This document shows, in pieces, positions 1 through 7,348 of a stretch of 64,000 bases of DNA (positions are counted from its first letter, which is position 1; each line of letters begins with the position of its first letter). The notes beneath the pieces are model-generated. The model was not told the origin of the DNA. It was given only the letters and a program-made list of their open reading frames with translations, and ran no database searches. The stretch is from a virus. The stretch covers positions 96,001-160,000 of the IMG/VR virus record IMGVR_UViG_3300023184_000029; one strand, given 5' to 3'. Made by a program: the position numbers and the translations under genes.

Positions 1-626
1 TTTTTCCCATAATTAGAATATGATGTCAAATATCCTTGATCAGTCACCGCCGCCACATTAATAACATTAGAACAATCATAAGACCCAGGATACCTTGGAG
101 AAACATCATTATCTGCACCACTATTACCAGCAGCAACCACAAAAGCTATATCATTATTTCCAGCATTATTGATAGCAGCATACAATAAACTAGAATATCC
201 TAATCCCCCACCCCAACTAGCATTAATAGCCACCACATTAACCCCATAATTTTTTTTCATCATAGTAGCATATTCTATACCCTTGATTGCTTCGCCGGTG
301 AATCCTAAACCCTGATTATTTTGAAATCTTAAAATCATCACATCAGAAGTACTATTAGCCACAACCAAACCCGCCACCGCCGTACCATGTCCATACCCAT
401 CCTGCACATTATTATTATTTTCTACAAAATTCCACCCATGAATATCGTCCACATATCCATTATTATCATTATCAACATTATCACCAGCAATCTCTCCAGG
501 ATTGGTCCACAATCTATCAGCCAGATAAGGATGGTTAATGTCTGCACCACTATCAACAATTGCTACCACACTAGATAAAACAGTTCTAGATTCTAAGTTC
601 TCTAAAGATAAAACGTATTGTTTCAT
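1..626 (-). CDS. S8 subtilisin-like serine protease, 3'-truncated at window edge (absent from ORF track)
   Basis: Manual translation from ATG at 626: MKQYVLSLENLESRTVLSSVVAIVDSG...WTNPGEIAGDNVDNDNNGYVDDIHGWNF...GHGTAVAG...VVAAGN...SYSNYG. Catalytic Asp (VDSG), His (HGT) and oxyanion Asn (AAGN) present; AAAGGA RBS upstream. Confidence 0.93.
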   Translation of the reverse strand, partial: MKQYVLSLENLESRTVLSSVVAIVDSGADINHPYLADRLWTNPGEIAGDNVDNDNNGYVDDIHGWNFVENNNNVQDGYGHGTAVAGLVVANSTSDVMILRFQNNQGLGFTGEAIKGIEYATMMKKNYGVNVVAINASWGGGLGYSSLLYAAINNAGNNDIAFVVAAGNSGADNDVSPRYPGSYDCSNVINVAAVTDQGYLTSYSNYGK

Positions 627-708
627 ATCGAGTCCTTTCGTGTTGAGAGTCCAGTCACAACATATAGTGGTTTATACCCGGCGTCGCCACAAGATCAAGA
701 GTGTGTAT

Positions 709-741
709 AAAAAAAGAGACAAACATTTCTGCTTGCCTCTT
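709..741 (-). terminator. Rho-independent terminator after the 771..1082 gene
   Basis: Minus strand reads AGAGGCAAGCA-GAAA-TGTTTGTCTCT then a T tract: 11-bp stem with two G-U pairs and a GNRA loop. Confidence 0.75.
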
Positions 742-770
742 CTTTATTATTCTATCTTTATTGTTATAGA

Positions 771-1082
771 TTAATAATTATATTCATTCCAATTAGTATA
801 GTAATAACCATAATTCTGTGGATAACTATAGTAATGAGAATAATTCATAAAAAACTGGCCAACCACCGGTCTATACTCTATCCTATTCTCCACCACAGGA
901 ACAAACCTCTGTTGCTGCACAATAACAGGAACATATTGATTTCCATAAAGAAAATATGGTGGATAAACTACCACTGGAACTGGTTGAATAGTAGCATGAT
1001 TATACTTTATCCAACATGGACCAGCTCCCATACTACAAAATACCACCAACAGAATACAAAAACTATTGAATAATTTATTCAT
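771..1082 (-). CDS. Small hypothetical secreted/membrane protein, Tyr/Val/Pro-rich
   Basis: 103-aa ORF with N-terminal hydrophobic stretch (FCILLVVFC), abutting the upstream gene, followed by a terminator. Confidence 0.6.
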   Translation of the reverse strand: MNKLFNSFCILLVVFCSMGAGPCWIKYNHATIQPVPVVVYPPYFLYGNQYVPVIVQQQRFVPVVENRIEYRPVVGQFFMNYSHYYSYPQNYGYYYTNWNEYNY

Positions 1083-1303
1083 TATAGATTTTCTCCATTA
1101 GCTTCAAATGTTTTAATTTTGGAAGGACGACCACGAGGCTTCTTTAAACTTAATTTTCTTCTTTGACGACGAACCATAGCTGTTGTTATAGTTTGTCCTG
1201 TCATCTCACTTAACTTAGATGCTAAAACCTCATCACAAATTAGATTATGATTTTTACCAATAAAGTCGGTTTCTGCACTAGTCCACTTCTTATAATTAGC
1301 CAT
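1082..1303 (-). CDS. Small DNA-binding protein (Myb/HTH-like start plus AT-hook)
   Basis: KKWTSAETDFI... helix pattern and KPRGRPSK AT-hook core; GGAGG RBS upstream. Confidence 0.65.
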   Translation of the reverse strand: MANYKKWTSAETDFIGKNHNLICDEVLASKLSEMTGQTITTAMVRRQRRKLSLKKPRGRPSKIKTFEANGENL

Positions 1304-1346
1304 AATTCCTCCAGTATATAAATTTATATTGACTAAAAAGCCATCA

Positions 1347-1366
1347 ACACTACTATATTAGTGTAT
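1347..1366. promoter_or_regulatory. Inverted repeat ACACTA-N6-TAGTGT overlapping a GTGTAT motif in the divergent intergenic region
   Basis: Read directly between divergent genes (1303 minus, 1393 plus). Confidence 0.45.
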
Positions 1367-1392
1367 TGATAAGTTTTGCGCAAGGAGATCTT

Positions 1393-1539
1393 ATGAAAAA
1401 CGATGAATTTAATTTAATAGACTCCGTTTTAATCGTCAAAGCATCAGGATCTTTATCTGAAGATATTCAGGAAGAATTAAAATTACCAGAAGGAAAAACT
1501 ATAGCCAGTTTAATAAATGAGCAAGAAGAAAAAGAATAA
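1393..1539 (+). CDS. 48-aa acidic hypothetical protein (below ORF-track cutoff)
   Basis: AAGGAG RBS, ATG 1393, MKNDEFNLIDSVLIVKASG...EQEEKE stop; overlaps the sigma gene start. Confidence 0.55.
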   Translation: MKNDEFNLIDSVLIVKASGSLSEDIQEELKLPEGKTIASLINEQEEKE

Positions 1540-2179
1540 AGATATTTTACCAAATGGTGTTACTGAAGATGAATTTTTAATAGTATTGGATAATATTAGC
1601 AAAAGATTGGGTTATAAATTTCGTTTCGGATACCATGATTTTGATGATATGAAACAACAAGCCGCCATATTTGCTATGGAAGGTTTGCAAAAATATGATC
1701 GTAGTCGCCCCTTGGAAAACTTTTTATGGACCCATGTGAGAAATAGACTATTTAATTTCAAAAGAAATAACTATCAAAGGCCCGACAAACCTTGCATAAC
1801 ATGTCCACTATTTGATAAAAATTATGCTTGTTCTACCAATCAATGTTCAAAATATTTAAACAAAGATGATTGTGCTCCTTATGCAGCATGGGCCAATAGA
1901 AACGAAGCTAAAAAGAATATTATGCAACCGTCCCATATTGATCAAGACTTATCCATTCCTAATTTACAAATATCTGATTCTACCAATTTTATTCAAAATA
2001 AAGAAATTATATCTTTTTTAGATGAAAATATTCAGTCAGAATTTAGAGAATCATATTTAAAACTAAAACATGGAACCAATATTCCAAAACAACAACTAAT
2101 AAAACTACAAAAACATATTGCGCAATTAATGGAGAATAAAAAATGGGAAATTCAGCCCCCAAAAAAAGAGGACAATTAA
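1517..2179 (+). CDS. Phage sigma70-family (region 2) factor with Cys-rich insert
   Basis: DFDDMKQQAAIFAMEGLQKYDRSRPLENFLWTHVRNRLFNFKR matches the sigma region 2 pattern. Confidence 0.75.
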   Translation: MSKKKKNKDILPNGVTEDEFLIVLDNISKRLGYKFRFGYHDFDDMKQQAAIFAMEGLQKYDRSRPLENFLWTHVRNRLFNFKRNNYQRPDKPCITCPLFDKNYACSTNQCSKYLNKDDCAPYAAWANRNEAKKNIMQPSHIDQDLSIPNLQISDSTNFIQNKEIISFLDENIQSEFRESYLKLKHGTNIPKQQLIKLQKHIAQLMENKKWEIQPPKKEDN

Positions 2180-2976
2180 GCTTAGATGAAGAACAATATA
2201 TAAGGGAAAATTTTGGTTCGCTATCAGTAGAACAAATAGCTTCATCACTAAATAGAAGTACCGCCCCTGTTCAAAGATATATTACAGAAAATAAACTATT
2301 AATATCAGATAGTGATAAAAGCACCCAAGAATTTTTAAAACAAAAATTACACAGCAAAACATTTTGGCCCGAAATAACCAGACAGTTTGATGATGATAAC
2401 GGAGAAAGAGCATATTTTGAAGATACCTGGATTGGACTTATTAAACAGTTTCGTGAAGACGTTTTACCAGCAGAAGAACTTCAAATCAAACAATTTATCA
2501 CTATTGATATTCTTATTAATCGAAGTATGAAAGAAAGAAAAAGACATATTGCTGAAACTGATAAATTACAAAAACTAGTAGACAAAGAATATGAAAAAGC
2601 AGAAACTGACAGAGACATTCCCAAACTTGCTAATATGGAAACTCAATTAAGTTTTGCACGAAATAGTATTGCCAACTATACTAATGAATATACTAAACTA
2701 TTAAATGAGCAGCAGAAGATTAGTAAAGATTTAAAAGCTACCAGAGAGCAAAGAATCAAAAGAATAGAGGACGGAAAAAGTAGCTGGACAGGCTTAATAC
2801 GAATGTTAGAAGACGAAACTATCAGAGAAAAAGAAGGACGAGAAATGGAGATTTTGTCATTAGCTACTGAAAAAAGTAAAAGCAAACTACAAGAATACCA
2901 TACCTATGAAGATAATTTAATAGATAAACCATTTTTAACTCCAGAGTCTGTATTGTTAGAGGAAAATAATGAGTAA
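2143..2976 (+). CDS. HTH plus coiled-coil protein, candidate terminase small subunit
   Basis: N-terminal HTH-like LSVEQIASSLNRSTAPVQRY, long coiled coil, located upstream of TerL. Confidence 0.45.
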   Translation: MGNSAPKKRGQLSLDEEQYIRENFGSLSVEQIASSLNRSTAPVQRYITENKLLISDSDKSTQEFLKQKLHSKTFWPEITRQFDDDNGERAYFEDTWIGLIKQFREDVLPAEELQIKQFITIDILINRSMKERKRHIAETDKLQKLVDKEYEKAETDRDIPKLANMETQLSFARNSIANYTNEYTKLLNEQQKISKDLKATREQRIKRIEDGKSSWTGLIRMLEDETIREKEGREMEILSLATEKSKSKLQEYHTYEDNLIDKPFLTPESVLLEENNE

Positions 2977-3970
2977 AAAAGCTATAATAACAGGAGTCAC
3001 AGGACAAGACGGTTCATATCTGGCCGATCTACTATTAGAAAAAGACTATATAGTAGTAGGCTTACATCGACGATGTAGTTCTAATAATTTTAGTCGTATT
3101 AATCATCTAATAGATAAACCAAATTTTATTTTAGAAGAATTTGATATTACAGATCCTAGTGGATGCTCAAGAGTTATAGACCAGCACAAACCTGATGAAG
3201 TTTACAATCTTGCTGCACAAAGCCATGTTGGTACCAGTTTTAGTCAGCCCCTAACAACTTTTAGTATCAACACTTTGGGAGTTACCAATCTACTAGAAGC
3301 TATAAGATTATTATCTCCATCAACTAAATTTTATCAGGCCAGCACCAGCGAAATGTTTGGGAGAAATTATTCAGTAAATGAAAATCATACCAAGTTCCAA
3401 AATGAATTAACGGCTATGCTACCTCAAAGTCCATATGGAGCATCTAAGCTAGCTTCTCATCATATGGTTTATATTTATAGAACATCTTATAGTTTATATG
3501 CTTGTTCGGGTATACTCTTTAATCATGAAAGTCCTCGTCGTGGCGAAAACTTTGTTACTAGAAAAATTACCAAGTATATCGGTCAATTAGTAAATAACAA
3601 AATTGATAAAAACGAAAAATTAAAACTAGGAAATATTAGAGCCAAAAGAGACTGGGGCCATGCGAAAGACTATGTTTATGGTATGTATTTAATGTTGCAA
3701 AAACAAGAACCGGATGATTATATATTATCAACAGGTCACACATATTCTGTGGAAGAATTTTTAAATAAAGCTTTTAGTTTAGTCAACTTAAATTATTTAG
3801 ACCATATAGCTATTGATCCTGCTTTTTATCGTCCTTGTGAAGTAGACTATCTTAAAGGAGATTCTTCTAAAGCAAAAAATAAACTTAATTGGCAACCATT
3901 AATTTCTTTTGATGCTCTAGTAGAAGATATGGTTAGTAGTGATATAAGAGTATATAAAAATGCGTCGTAA
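2969..3970 (+). CDS. gmd: GDP-mannose 4,6-dehydratase
   Basis: ITGVTGQDGSYLA, YNLAAQSHV, FYQASTSEMFG, SPYGASK, GILFNHESPRRG, LGNIRAKRDWGHAKDYV: all diagnostic Gmd motifs. Confidence 0.97.
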   Translation: MSKKAIITGVTGQDGSYLADLLLEKDYIVVGLHRRCSSNNFSRINHLIDKPNFILEEFDITDPSGCSRVIDQHKPDEVYNLAAQSHVGTSFSQPLTTFSINTLGVTNLLEAIRLLSPSTKFYQASTSEMFGRNYSVNENHTKFQNELTAMLPQSPYGASKLASHHMVYIYRTSYSLYACSGILFNHESPRRGENFVTRKITKYIGQLVNNKIDKNEKLKLGNIRAKRDWGHAKDYVYGMYLMLQKQEPDDYILSTGHTYSVEEFLNKAFSLVNLNYLDHIAIDPAFYRPCEVDYLKGDSSKAKNKLNWQPLISFDALVEDMVSSDIRVYKNAS

Positions 3971-4226
3971 TTTTGATGATCCCCAATATAAGAAGTGGCG
4001 TAAACAAGTTTATACTAGAGATAAATTTCAGTGTAGATGGCCTAATTGTAATAGTAAAAAAAGATTAAATGCTCATCATATAAAAACTTGGGCCGGTTTT
4101 CCAGGATTAAGATTTGATCCAAATAATGGTATAACCTTGTGTAAAGCTCATCATGACCTTATTAAAGGTATGGAAGAAGAATATAGTTTTTCATTTTTAA
4201 TGATATTGTTAAAGGATAAAAAATGA
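3960..4226 (+). CDS. Small HNH endonuclease
   Basis: RDKFQCRWPNC...LNAHHI...NGITLCKAHH: Zn-binding HNH pattern. Confidence 0.9.
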   Translation: MRRNFDDPQYKKWRKQVYTRDKFQCRWPNCNSKKRLNAHHIKTWAGFPGLRFDPNNGITLCKAHHDLIKGMEEEYSFSFLMILLKDKK

Positions 4227-4813
4227 TCACTTTTGATCCCCCAATCACTATAAAGCAGCCCCCATATACCAACCCCACAACAAATAAGGTTATAACTCCA
4301 GAACCCAAAGTTCTAACCTCATTAGATTTGGTTTATATTGATAATCCTCAACGAAAAACTCTATTAGCAAACTCAGAGTCTTTACCCCTAAATTTTCTAA
4401 TTTTTTCTGCACAATCCTATGATGATGCTGGAGACTGGACCCAAGAACAGGCAGAAGCTATAGTTAAAATTCAGATGGGTAAAGATCCCCAGACTTATCT
4501 TCAAAACAAGTTTCCGGTCACTATGGAGCAACATCCTAACGGACCAGGATCTGTTTTATCGGGCATGTTAAAAACTCTTGGTATTAATCCTACTCCTAAT
4601 TGCTCTTGTAGGCAAAATGCTATTAATATGAATATTAAAGGACCAGATTGGTGTGAACAAAATATGGATACTATTATTGGTTGGCTCAAAGACGAATCAA
4701 CAAAAAGAAATCTGCCTTTTATAGATATGGTAGCTAGAGCTATGGTAAAAAAAGCTATCAAAACTTCCAGAAGATTACTAGCCAAAGAAAGTGTGGTTAA
4801 TGTCGAAACATGA
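4223..4813 (+). CDS. Hypothetical two-domain protein with C-terminal GPG...CxC...WC module
   Basis: 196-aa ORF coupled to both neighbours. Confidence 0.7.
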   Translation: MITFDPPITIKQPPYTNPTTNKVITPEPKVLTSLDLVYIDNPQRKTLLANSESLPLNFLIFSAQSYDDAGDWTQEQAEAIVKIQMGKDPQTYLQNKFPVTMEQHPNGPGSVLSGMLKTLGINPTPNCSCRQNAINMNIKGPDWCEQNMDTIIGWLKDESTKRNLPFIDMVARAMVKKAIKTSRRLLAKESVVNVET

Positions 4814-5279
4814 TGACTTTACTATCATTGTTGATACAAGAGAACAACAACCATGGACATTTACGGAATATTCTGTTGCTAATAAAAAGCTAGATACTGG
4901 AGACTATAGCATAGAGGGCTTGGAGAATTTATTAGGCATTGAAAGAAAAAAAAGTATCAGCGAATTTGCTAATAATATTGTTGAAAGTAGATTCAAAGAT
5001 GTAATATTAAGAATGAGCCAGCTTAAATATTCATTTTTATTATTAGAGTTTGATTTAGAAGACATATTAATCTATCCTCGTGGCTCAACAGTGCCTAAAA
5101 GAATGTGGGATAAAATTAAAATATCTCCAGCATTTATTATCAAACACATTTTGGAATTACAAATTAATCATAATATTAAAATTGTTTTTTGTGGTAATGC
5201 AATTAATGCTCAAAAAATAGCAGAGCATATTCTTAAAAAGGTGAACTACATTGAGCGATTTACAAAAAAAGATATTTGA
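4791..5279 (+). CDS. ERCC4/XPF-family nuclease domain protein (probable start ATG 4800)
   Basis: IIVDTREQ, LDTGDYSI and IERK motifs of the ERCC4 domain. Confidence 0.88.
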   Translation: MWLMSKHDDFTIIVDTREQQPWTFTEYSVANKKLDTGDYSIEGLENLLGIERKKSISEFANNIVESRFKDVILRMSQLKYSFLLLEFDLEDILIYPRGSTVPKRMWDKIKISPAFIIKHILELQINHNIKIVFCGNAINAQKIAEHILKKVNYIERFTKKDI

Positions 5280-7284
5280 TAATGCTTGGCTAGGTCTTGG
5301 AGACCTTAATTCATTAGCAATACCTAATAATCTAATGATTAATAGATCTGAACAGGATATAGCATACCCTGATGTTCATCTATTAAAGATTATGAGAGAT
5401 ACAAAATACATAGGAAGTACAGTTAAGCTTCTTTTCGATATAGAATTACATCCTATCCAGATAGCAATATTGCAAGAGTTTTGGCATAGATCTTTTCCTA
5501 TGTTCGTAGCTAGCCGTGGTTTTGGTAAGTCTTTCCTGATGGCTTTATATTGTGTTCTTAAATGCACTTTCGTACCCGGTACAAAAATAGTAGTAGTTGG
5601 TGCAGCTTTTAGACAGAGTAAAATTATATTTGAATATATGGAAACAATATGGAGAAATAGCCCTATTTTACGGAGTATTTTTAATAGCAATGATGATGGA
5701 CCTCGAAGAGATGTTGATAGATGTACTATAAGACTCGGAGATAGTTGGACGATTGCTATTCCTTTGGGAGATGGATCAAAAATTAGAGGATTAAGAGCGC
5801 ACATTATTATTGCTGATGAGTTTGCTTCTATTAGTCCGGATATTTATGAAACAGTAGTATCCGGATTCGCTGCTGTATCTGCTAGTCCTATTCAGAATGT
5901 TAAAGATCAGGCAAAAAAACAAGCGATGATAGATGCCGGAATATGGAATGATGAATTAGAATCTTTAAATATTAAAATGAGCAATCAGGCTATTATTTCT
6001 GGCACAGCTGATTACTCTTTTAAACACTTTGCCAATTATTGGAAAAGATACAAAGGTATTATAGAAAGTAAAGGAGACGAGCAGAAACTAAAAGATATTT
6101 TTAAAGGAGAAATTCCGGATAATTTTAATTGGAAAGACTATTCTATAATTCGTGTTCCTTATGAATTAATACCAAAAGGATTCATGGATGACAAACAAGT
6201 ATCTAGAGCTAAAGCTACTATACATACTGGAATATATAATATGGAGTATGCTGCTTGTTTTATTTCTGATAGTGAGGGATTTTTTAGACGAAGCTTGATA
6301 GAAAGCTGTGTTGTTTCGGATACTAATCCTATTCTGATAGATAATAAAACCATTCTTTTTGAAGCTTCGACTAAAGGAAATACTAATTGCTCGTATGTAT
6401 ACGGAGTAGACCCTGCCTCAGAACAGGACAATTTTAGTATTACTATTATAGAAGTTCACCCAAATCATAATAGATTAGTATACTGCTGGACAACAAATAG
6501 AAATAATTTTAAAGAAAGACTTAAAAAAGGATTGGCACAAGACCATGATTTTTATGGATTTTGCTGTCGTAAAATTCGTAATCTTATGAAAACTTTTCCT
6601 TGTACCAGACTAGGCATAGATGCTCAAGGAGGAGGTGTTGCAATAGAGGAGGCTCTACACGACCCGGCCAAGCTTGAAGATGGTGAGCATTTAATATGGC
6701 CAGTTATAGAAGACTCATCCACTAAAGACACAGATTCTCAACCAGGATTACATATTATAGAACTAGTACAATTTGCTAAAGCAGACTGGACCGCACAAGC
6801 TAATCACGGTTTAAGAAAAGACTTAGAAGATAAAGTATTATTGTTTCCTAGGTTCGATAATTTAACTTTAGGATTAACAATGCAAAAAGACGGTAAAGAT
6901 ATTATAGAAGATGAAATGAATCCTATTTATGATAATTTAAGCGAGTGTTTGTTGGAAATAGAAGAATTAAAAAATGAATTGACCACAATTGTTATGACAC
7001 AAACAAGTACTGGTCCTAATGCTAGAGATCGATGGGATACTCCTGAAATTAAATTACCTAATGGTAGAAAAGGAAGATTGAGAAAAGACCGCTATAGTTC
7101 ATTAGTAATAGCAAATATGCTGGCTAGACAAATGAATAGAAGTTTAAAAAATATAGAATATGAGATTATAGGAGATAATGCCCGAAATTCTAATATAAAA
7201 GCAGACGGAAATATGTATAGAGGACCAGAATGGTTCACCAACAATGCTAATTCTGACATTTATTTAGGACTATATAAAGAATAA
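5251..7284 (+). CDS. terL: Terminase large subunit
   Basis: Walker A ASRGFGKS, Walker B IIIADEF, RNase H-like GVDPA / GIDAQG / KDRYSS acidic residues; precedes portal. Confidence 0.92.
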   Translation: MSDLQKKIFDNAWLGLGDLNSLAIPNNLMINRSEQDIAYPDVHLLKIMRDTKYIGSTVKLLFDIELHPIQIAILQEFWHRSFPMFVASRGFGKSFLMALYCVLKCTFVPGTKIVVVGAAFRQSKIIFEYMETIWRNSPILRSIFNSNDDGPRRDVDRCTIRLGDSWTIAIPLGDGSKIRGLRAHIIIADEFASISPDIYETVVSGFAAVSASPIQNVKDQAKKQAMIDAGIWNDELESLNIKMSNQAIISGTADYSFKHFANYWKRYKGIIESKGDEQKLKDIFKGEIPDNFNWKDYSIIRVPYELIPKGFMDDKQVSRAKATIHTGIYNMEYAACFISDSEGFFRRSLIESCVVSDTNPILIDNKTILFEASTKGNTNCSYVYGVDPASEQDNFSITIIEVHPNHNRLVYCWTTNRNNFKERLKKGLAQDHDFYGFCCRKIRNLMKTFPCTRLGIDAQGGGVAIEEALHDPAKLEDGEHLIWPVIEDSSTKDTDSQPGLHIIELVQFAKADWTAQANHGLRKDLEDKVLLFPRFDNLTLGLTMQKDGKDIIEDEMNPIYDNLSECLLEIEELKNELTTIVMTQTSTGPNARDRWDTPEIKLPNGRKGRLRKDRYSSLVIANMLARQMNRSLKNIEYEIIGDNARNSNIKADGNMYRGPEWFTNNANSDIYLGLYKE

Positions 7285-7287
7285 AGT

Positions 7288-7293
7288 GTGTAT
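7288..7293 (+). promoter_or_regulatory. Putative late promoter motif GTGTAT
   Basis: Intergenic, about 55 nt before the portal start; recurs before other late blocks. Confidence 0.5.
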
Positions 7294-7348
7294 ATTACAG
7301 TATTCTCGATTCAAATATAATCTAATCACAATACAATTATAAATAATT

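Noticed and set aside
703-708. GTGTAT copy pointing into the minus-strand terminator
   Set aside because: No credible plus-strand gene downstream; may be chance or antisense, so not counted as a promoter.
387-774. Plus-strand ORFs 387..578 and 538..774
   Set aside because: Antisense to the clear S8 protease reading frame and its upstream region.
5251-7284. Intein or intron in terL beside the HNH gene
   Set aside because: No Hint-type C/S...HN boundaries or LAGLIDADG motifs; frame is continuous; the HNH is a separate 88-aa gene.
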